From contig OX597824.1 of NCBI GenBank assembly GCA_951406725.2, forward strand, positions 19,530,001 to 19,594,000: a DNA stretch of 64,000 nt, written 5' to 3'. The translations under genes and the position numbers were made by a program. Numbering within the stretch: the stretch's first letter is position 1; every line of letters begins with the position of its first letter. This stretch comes from Octopus vulgaris. Lineage: Eukaryota. Below, piece by piece: positions 57,610-64,000 of this stretch. The notes below the pieces were generated by a model. The model was not told where the DNA came from, searched no databases, and was given only the letters and a program-made list of their open reading frames with translations.

Positions 57610-58210
57610 CATCACAATCATCATCACCACCATCACCACCATCACCACCACCACCACCATTTTCACCATCATCACCATCATCACCATCACTACCGCCGTC
57701 ATCACCACCACCACCACAGCCATCACCACCACCACCACCACCACCACCACCACCACCACCACCACCACCATATCACCACCGTGACCATCACTATCGGCAT
57801 CCTTGCCATCACCAATACTACTAAGAACTACCACCACCACCACAACCACCACCATCACCACCACCACCACCGTCATCACTACCACCAGCCTCACCACCAC
57901 CACCACTACCATATCACCACCATGACCATCACTATCAGCATCCTTGCCATCACCAATACTACTAAGAACTACCACCACCACAACCACCACCACAACTACC
58001 ACCACCACCACCACCATCGTCATCGTCATCATCATCACTACCGCCGTCATCAACATCACCACCATCACCACCGTCATCACTACCACCAGCCTCACCCCCC
58101 GCCACCACCATGACCATCACTATCAGCATCCTTACCATCACCAACACCACTAAGAACTACTACCAGCACCAGCACCACCACCACCATCACCATTATCATA
58201 ATCATCATCA
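57610..58210. repeat. (CAC/CAT)-rich region containing ~3 imperfect ~140-190-bp tandem units
   Basis: tgaccatcactatcRgcatcctt recurs at about 57782, 57923 and 58111. Confidence 0.85.
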
Positions 58211-58473
58211 TAATTGTCTCAACTATTCGTCAGTCTGGAGTAGCTTGGCTTGCCAGCCTAGCTGTCGATGCTTATTCGCATTATAGAATTTCAAGTGAAA
58301 TAAATTCACTGATCTACAAAATTAGAAATATTGCATTTCCAAATATCTCAGAGAGACTTATACAGTAGCTGCATGATAAAGTGATGGTTTGTTGCCATTT
58401 TAATGTAGCAGTCCCATGACTGACCGCTGACACCAAAAGTTTTTTTATTCTCTCTGTTTATTTGCTCGTGTTC

Positions 58474-58509
58474 CCTTCTGTTGAAGAGCGTAGGCTCGAA
58501 ACGTAAAAG
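58474..58509 (+). ncRNA. Minimal HHR-like motif, family P2 (CUGUUGA)
   Basis: cctt-CTGTTGA-a-gagc gtag gctc-GAAA-cg-TA-aaag. Confidence 0.55.
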
Positions 58510-58757
58510 ACTTTCTAATCTTCCCGTACGTTAAACTAATACACTTGTTTGTTGTTTACACACCTGTCTTCGTTTGCTTTTCTGGAAATTTCAAATACAT
58601 ATGTATGTGTATGGGTGCGTCTGTGCGTGTCGAATCGCTAAGTTACGGGGACGTAAACACTCCAACATCGGTTGTCAAGCGATGGTGGGGGAACAAGCAC
58701 AGACACACGCACACACACACACACACATATATACATCAGCGGGACTGAACCCGGAAC

Positions 58758-58798
<41 letters not shown>

Positions 58799-58799
58799 C

Positions 58800-58830
<31 letters not shown>

Positions 58831-59095
58831 TTGTGTGCTAATATTTGTCCCCCACCATCGCTTAGCAACCGATGTTGCTGTGTTTACGTCCCCGTAAATC
58901 AGCGGTTCGGCAAAAGACACCGATAGAATAAGTACGAGACTTACAAAGAATAAGTCCTGGGGTCGATTTGTTCGACTAAAGGCAGTGCTCCAGCATGGCC
59001 GCAGTGAAATAACTGAAGCAAATAAAAGAATAAAAGAATATGGTGTGTGTGCGTGTGTGTGTGTGTGTATGCCTATACATATCTTTCTTTCTTTT

Positions 59096-59404
59096 CTCCC
59101 TTTTCAAGCCTAGCCAGGCTCATGGGTCCGGTTTCCCGGTTTCTGTCGCGTATGTGTTCCCCCCAGCTGGACGGGACGCCAGTCCATCACAGCGTTACTC
59201 AAGAAACAGGAAGAGAGAGAGAGAGAGTGAGAGGAAGTTGTGTGGCGAAAGAGTACAACAGGGGTTGCCACCCCTGCCCGAGCCTCGTGGAGCTTTTAGG
59301 TGTTTTCGCTCAATAAACACACACAACGCCCAGTCTGTGAATCGAAACCGCGATCCTCCGACCACGAGTCTACTGCCTTAACCACTGTACCATTGCGCCT
59401 CCAC
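59096..59404 (-). mobile_element. SINE family C with the tail shared with the 12530 elements
   Basis: Head ggaggcgcaatgg..; tail catgagcctggctaggcttgaaaagggg. Confidence 0.8.
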
Positions 59405-59457
59405 CCTATGCTTATCTATATCCTTTTAATGTCGCTCTCCCGTGGCTACGATATGTG

Positions 59458-60279
59458 AGGCGGCGAGCTGGCAGAAACGTTAGCATGCCGGGCGAAATGC
59501 TTAGCCGTATTTCGTCTACCGTTGCGTTCTGAGTTCAAATTCCGCCGCGGTCGACTTTGCCTTTCATCCTTTCGGGGTCGATTAAATAAGTACCAGTTAC
59601 GCACTGGGGTCGATATAATCGACTTAATCCGTTTGTCTGTCCTTGTTTGCCCCCCTCTGTGTTTATCCCCTTGTGGGTAGTAAAGAAATAGAAATAGGTA
59701 ATTCGTCTGCCGCTACGTTCTGAGTTCAAATTCCGCCGAGGTCGACTTTGCCTTTCATCCTTTCGGGGGTCGATGAAATAAGTACCAGTTTTACGCACTG
59801 GGGTCGATATATAATCGACTTAATCCGTTTGTCTGTCCTTGTTTGTCCCCTTCTGTGTTTAGCCCCTTGCGGGTAGTAAAGAAATAGAAATAGGTATTTC
59901 GTCTGCCGCTACGTTCTGAGTTCAAATTCCGCCGAGGTCGACTTTGCCTTTCATCTTTTCGGGGGTCGATTAAATAAGTACCAGTTACGCACTGGGGGTC
60001 GATATATAATCGACTTAATCCGTTTGTCTGTGCTTGTTTGTCCCCCTCTGTGTTTAGCCCCTTGTGGGTAGTAAGGAAATAGAAATAGGTATTTCGTCTG
60101 CCGCTACGTTCTGAGTTCAAATTCCGCCGAGGTCGACTTTGCCTTTCATCCTTTCGGGGTCGATTAAATAAGTACCAGTTACGCACTGGGGTCGATATAT
60201 AATCGACTTAATCCGTTTGTCTGTGCTTGTTTGTCCCCTCTCTGTGTTTAGCCCCCTTGTGGTGGGCAGTAAAGAAATA
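59458..60279 (+). mobile_element. SINE family A tetramer
   Basis: One head plus four body-tail units of ~195 bp; flanking direct repeat gatatgtRagg. Confidence 0.88.
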
Positions 60280-60756
60280 GATATGTAAGGTGGTGTAATT
60301 TGGCTGCTATTTTTAGCATATGTATCAACCACAAGCGATCTCCCTCTGCGTGGACGGGTTACGGTGGCGGTGGCGGTGTTGGTGTTGGTGGTGTTGCTGC
60401 TGCTGCTGCTGTTTATACTGCTGTTGAAAATGTATATAACAGCAAAAAAAGAAAAATTGGGGATCGCCTTAATTGATGCAAGACGTCGTAGTCTCCCTCT
60501 GTATTTTTTTTATGCATTTAGTTTTATGTGTGTCTTTTTTTTTTTTTTATTTTTCTCCTTTTTCATCTTTTATCTGAGATATTTTAAATCATAGCTGTCA
60601 TTACTATACACGCTGTTAGCGACAGTGTCATCACTATATACACGCCGTTGGCAGTGTGCTCGCCGTCATGAAATCGCTCTCTTCCTTACGTTAGGCGTGC
60701 GAATATATTGTATTACTAACGGTGGAGACCGCGCACACACACACGCACACACTCAA

Positions 60757-60832
<76 letters not shown>

Positions 60833-60978
60833 ACACGCATATACACGCATACACACACGGACATACACTATATGCTTATATACATATACATGCGCTCATA
60901 CATACAGATACAGTTATACACACACATTAGCAGATTTATCTCCCCATCGACTTACCTGCCTACCTACCTACCTATCTA

Positions 60979-61121
<143 letters not shown>

Positions 61122-61169
61122 CATCTATCTATCTAGCTAGCTAGCTAGCTAGCTATCTAACTGTCTGTT

Positions 61170-61200
<31 letters not shown>

Positions 61201-61206
61201 AACTTT

Positions 61207-61297
<91 letters not shown>

Positions 61298-61655
61298 ACC
61301 TTCTCTTTGTCTGCTTGCTTGTCGGTCTATGAATGTCTGATATTGTTTAGTTTTATTTCAAGATTTCTTGCCAATAGAGAAAGAACCGGTTTCTAACCTA
61401 GATCAAGGCTCCTTCAATGCGATTTCAACATCAACAACAAGGTATTTTTCTATGTATGTATGTATGTATATATTATTGTATGTATGTATGTTTGCATGTA
61501 TGTATGTATGTATGTATGTATGTATGTATGTATGTATGTATGTATGTATGTATGTATGTATGTATGTATGTATGTACACGTGCAGATTTGTATGTTTTAT
61601 TTTATGTATGTATTCTCATGCATATAGTTCCTTATCTAGACATTCTCATATATAT

Positions 61656-62215
61656 TTAGATGATAAACTTCTGGAAAGTTTTACAGATTTTTACAGTTCC
61701 AGTGATCGATTGGATCTGTAGTCTTCCAATTAACTTTCTCCTTTCTGGTTTTGAAAAGCCTAATTTCTCAAGATTGGTAGTTAGGCAGCGTGTTACATAT
61801 CCCAGGGCCCCAATAATTACAGGTATAAACCTAAGCTTGTAATCTGGATAGAGTAACTGCAGATTTCTCAATAGTTCAGCATAGGTGTCCTATTTTTCAC
61901 TGATCTTCAGCTTTATGTTAAGATCCACAGGGCAGTTAGTTTCCACAAATGTGCACTGCTGCTCTTCTTTATCCCAAATCATCATATCAGGCCTGTTGTG
62001 CTTACATTTTATTGAAGCATTCAACTGAGACTTTCTACTCGTTTTTATTATGAGTGGCTATGGCTTCTACCATACTGTCGGTTCTTATCTCTTTGTCCAA
62101 GGGGTTATCCTTCCGACTGATTTCATTATAAAGTGTCCTAGCTACAAGATCATATCTCATCGGTAGATTATATAGTGATGCCATTTTCGGACAACTGCTT
62201 ATGATGTTGGTGATA
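61656..62215 (-). pseudogene. 3' fragment of an RLE-type non-LTR retrotransposon (R4/Dong-like)
   Basis: Minus strand IISSCPK..MRYDLVA..KHNRPDMMIWDK..CP.D.NI..YAELLRNLQ..IPVIIGALG; flanked by (TATG)n. Confidence 0.8.
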
Positions 62216-62256
62216 TGTATTTATGTATGAATGTATGTATGTATATATGTATGTTA

Positions 62257-62852
62257 GGTCACTCTTGAGTGCTACTGGTAACATGTAACCCAGTACAACC
62301 TGATGCATGGTCGGGTTTTTGGCGACTAAACCGGCAACTCCACCAAGCTTGCTTGGTGAGGTGGGTGTTTATTGGACACCCTGCGGGATGAAAGACAAAA
62401 CCCGTCAAAGGGCGGAGGAACTCTTGAAAGTCAACGGCCATCCAATAAATGTCTTAAGGCTGTATCATGCGCGGGGATATAGAAATAATAATCGGACTGA
62501 ATACACGATCGCGCGGTTAAACCATTGGGAGTGAAGGACTCCTAGCCTTTGTTAGGGCATCCTTTTAGGAGAAGGTAACTCAGGTAACTGGGATAACTCC
62601 GACATAAAACCTGCGGCTCAGTGGTTACCGATGATGTTGACTTGTTCTTCTTTTCGGATTATGGCTGCTGTTGCTTAGTGAGTGGGATTGACTCAGTGCA
62701 CAGCCTTTCTTCACTTTAAAAATAATCTTCTTGCACAGGCGTTGCACGATAACAACATTGATTAAGCTTCGTGCAATGGCCATACTCGATAACGAGGGGG
62801 CAGCCACCATGTATGTATGTATGTATGTATGTATGTATGTATGTATGTATGT
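62257..62852 (+). mobile_element. Probable non-autonomous RTE-derived retroelement with a (TATG)n tail
   Basis: GC-richer non-coding block with features resembling RTE 5' UTRs (ggagaaggtaactc..taaaacctgc) and a 3' hairpin ctcgataacgag before the repeat tail; family assignment is inference. Confidence 0.4.
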
Positions 62853-63387
62853 ACCAATCTAATTATTGTCTGTCTATTTATTTCTATATAAGTGAAGGCA
62901 CGTGGCTTAGTGGTTAGGGATTTGTTCAAGCCTTGTGTGTGAAGCTGGATAGACGGAAACTATGCGGAAGCCTTTCGGATGTAATGTACCCGTAATTTAA
63001 ATGTACAGCCTTGTCACACTTATTCAACTTAAGAGTTATGACAACAGTACACGCTTCTGTGGAGTACTCAGCCACTAACACGTTAATCCAGCAAGTATTC
63101 AAATTGATTAAACTACTGAATATTAATCGTCAAATGGACATAGAAGGTATCTCACGTTCCTTACATGTATATAAAGCGGCGAGCTGAGAGGATCGTCAGC
63201 ACGCCGGACAAAACGCGTAGCGGCATTTCGTCCGTCTTCATGTTCTGAGCTCAAATTCAGCCGAGGTGGACTTTACCTTTCATCTGTTGTTGTTATTGTT
63301 ATTATTATCATTTTTATTGTTATTATTATTGTTATTATTATCATTATTATTAATAATATTATATGTATATATATATTCATACATACC

Positions 63388-63620
63388 TATTTCTTTACTA
63401 CCCACAAGGCGCGAAATGCAGAGAAGACAAACAAGGACAGACAAACGGATTAAGTCGATTATATCGACCCCTGTGTGTGACAGGTACATTATTTATCGAA
63501 CCCGAAAGGATGAAAGGCAAAGTCGACCCCAGCGGAATTTGAGCTCAGAACGCAACGGCGGACGAAATACCACAAAGCATTTCGCCCGGCGTGCTAACGA
63601 TTCTGCCAGCTCGCCGCCTT
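63388..63620 (-). mobile_element. SINE family A monomer (diverged)
   Basis: Family identity. Confidence 0.8.
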
Positions 63621-63800
63621 TCATACATACCATACACGCATACATACACACATATACATATATGCATTTGTGTGTATGTATGCATATATGTATGTATAGT
63701 ACGTATGTGTGTGAGTGTGTATGTATATATATGTAGAAAGACACACAAACAATCAGACAGATAGATAGGTAGCTAGTTAGCTATATAGACAGTCAGATAA

Positions 63801-63852
<52 letters not shown>

Positions 63853-63896
63853 GTAGGTAGGTAGGTAGGTAGGTAGATAGATAAATAGATAGATAT

Positions 63897-64000
<104 letters not shown>

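Noticed and set aside
62257-62460. HDV-like ribozyme at the 5' end of the RTE-like element
   Set aside because: Plausible by precedent, but I could not assign P1, P1.1, P2 and P3 pairings by eye

Overview
Repeat-saturated, AT-rich eukaryotic DNA, either intronic or intergenic. The microsatellite load ((TA)n, (CA)n, (GATA)n, (TAA)n, (TACA)n) and the tRNA-derived SINE families suggest an octopod cephalopod, which is an inference. I find no convincing host protein-coding exon, and almost all ORFs in the track are translated microsatellites or SINEs. Recognisable parts: four recurring tRNA-SINE families (labelled A-D here), a pseudogenised mariner transposase, mariner/Tc1, Merlin-type and Helitron-type non-autonomous elements, a hAT-like relic, and LINE fragments (RTE, RLE/R4-Dong-like, Tx1-like). 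The main unexplained signal is about 18 hammerhead-ribozyme (HHR) motifs with palindromic minimal stem III, the form known from Penelope-like elements and retrozymes. The best case is a very young (TA)n-flanked array at 37.57-39.19 kb made of two tandem 560-bp units plus an inverted copy, each with an HHR, which predicts a self-excising 560-nt RNA that could circularise. Two dispersed families also carry recurring non-canonical HHR cores (CUGUNGA and CCGACGA). SINE A appears to insert as head-less concatemers bounded by a single TSD. All structures were read by eye and coordinates are approximate to a few bp.
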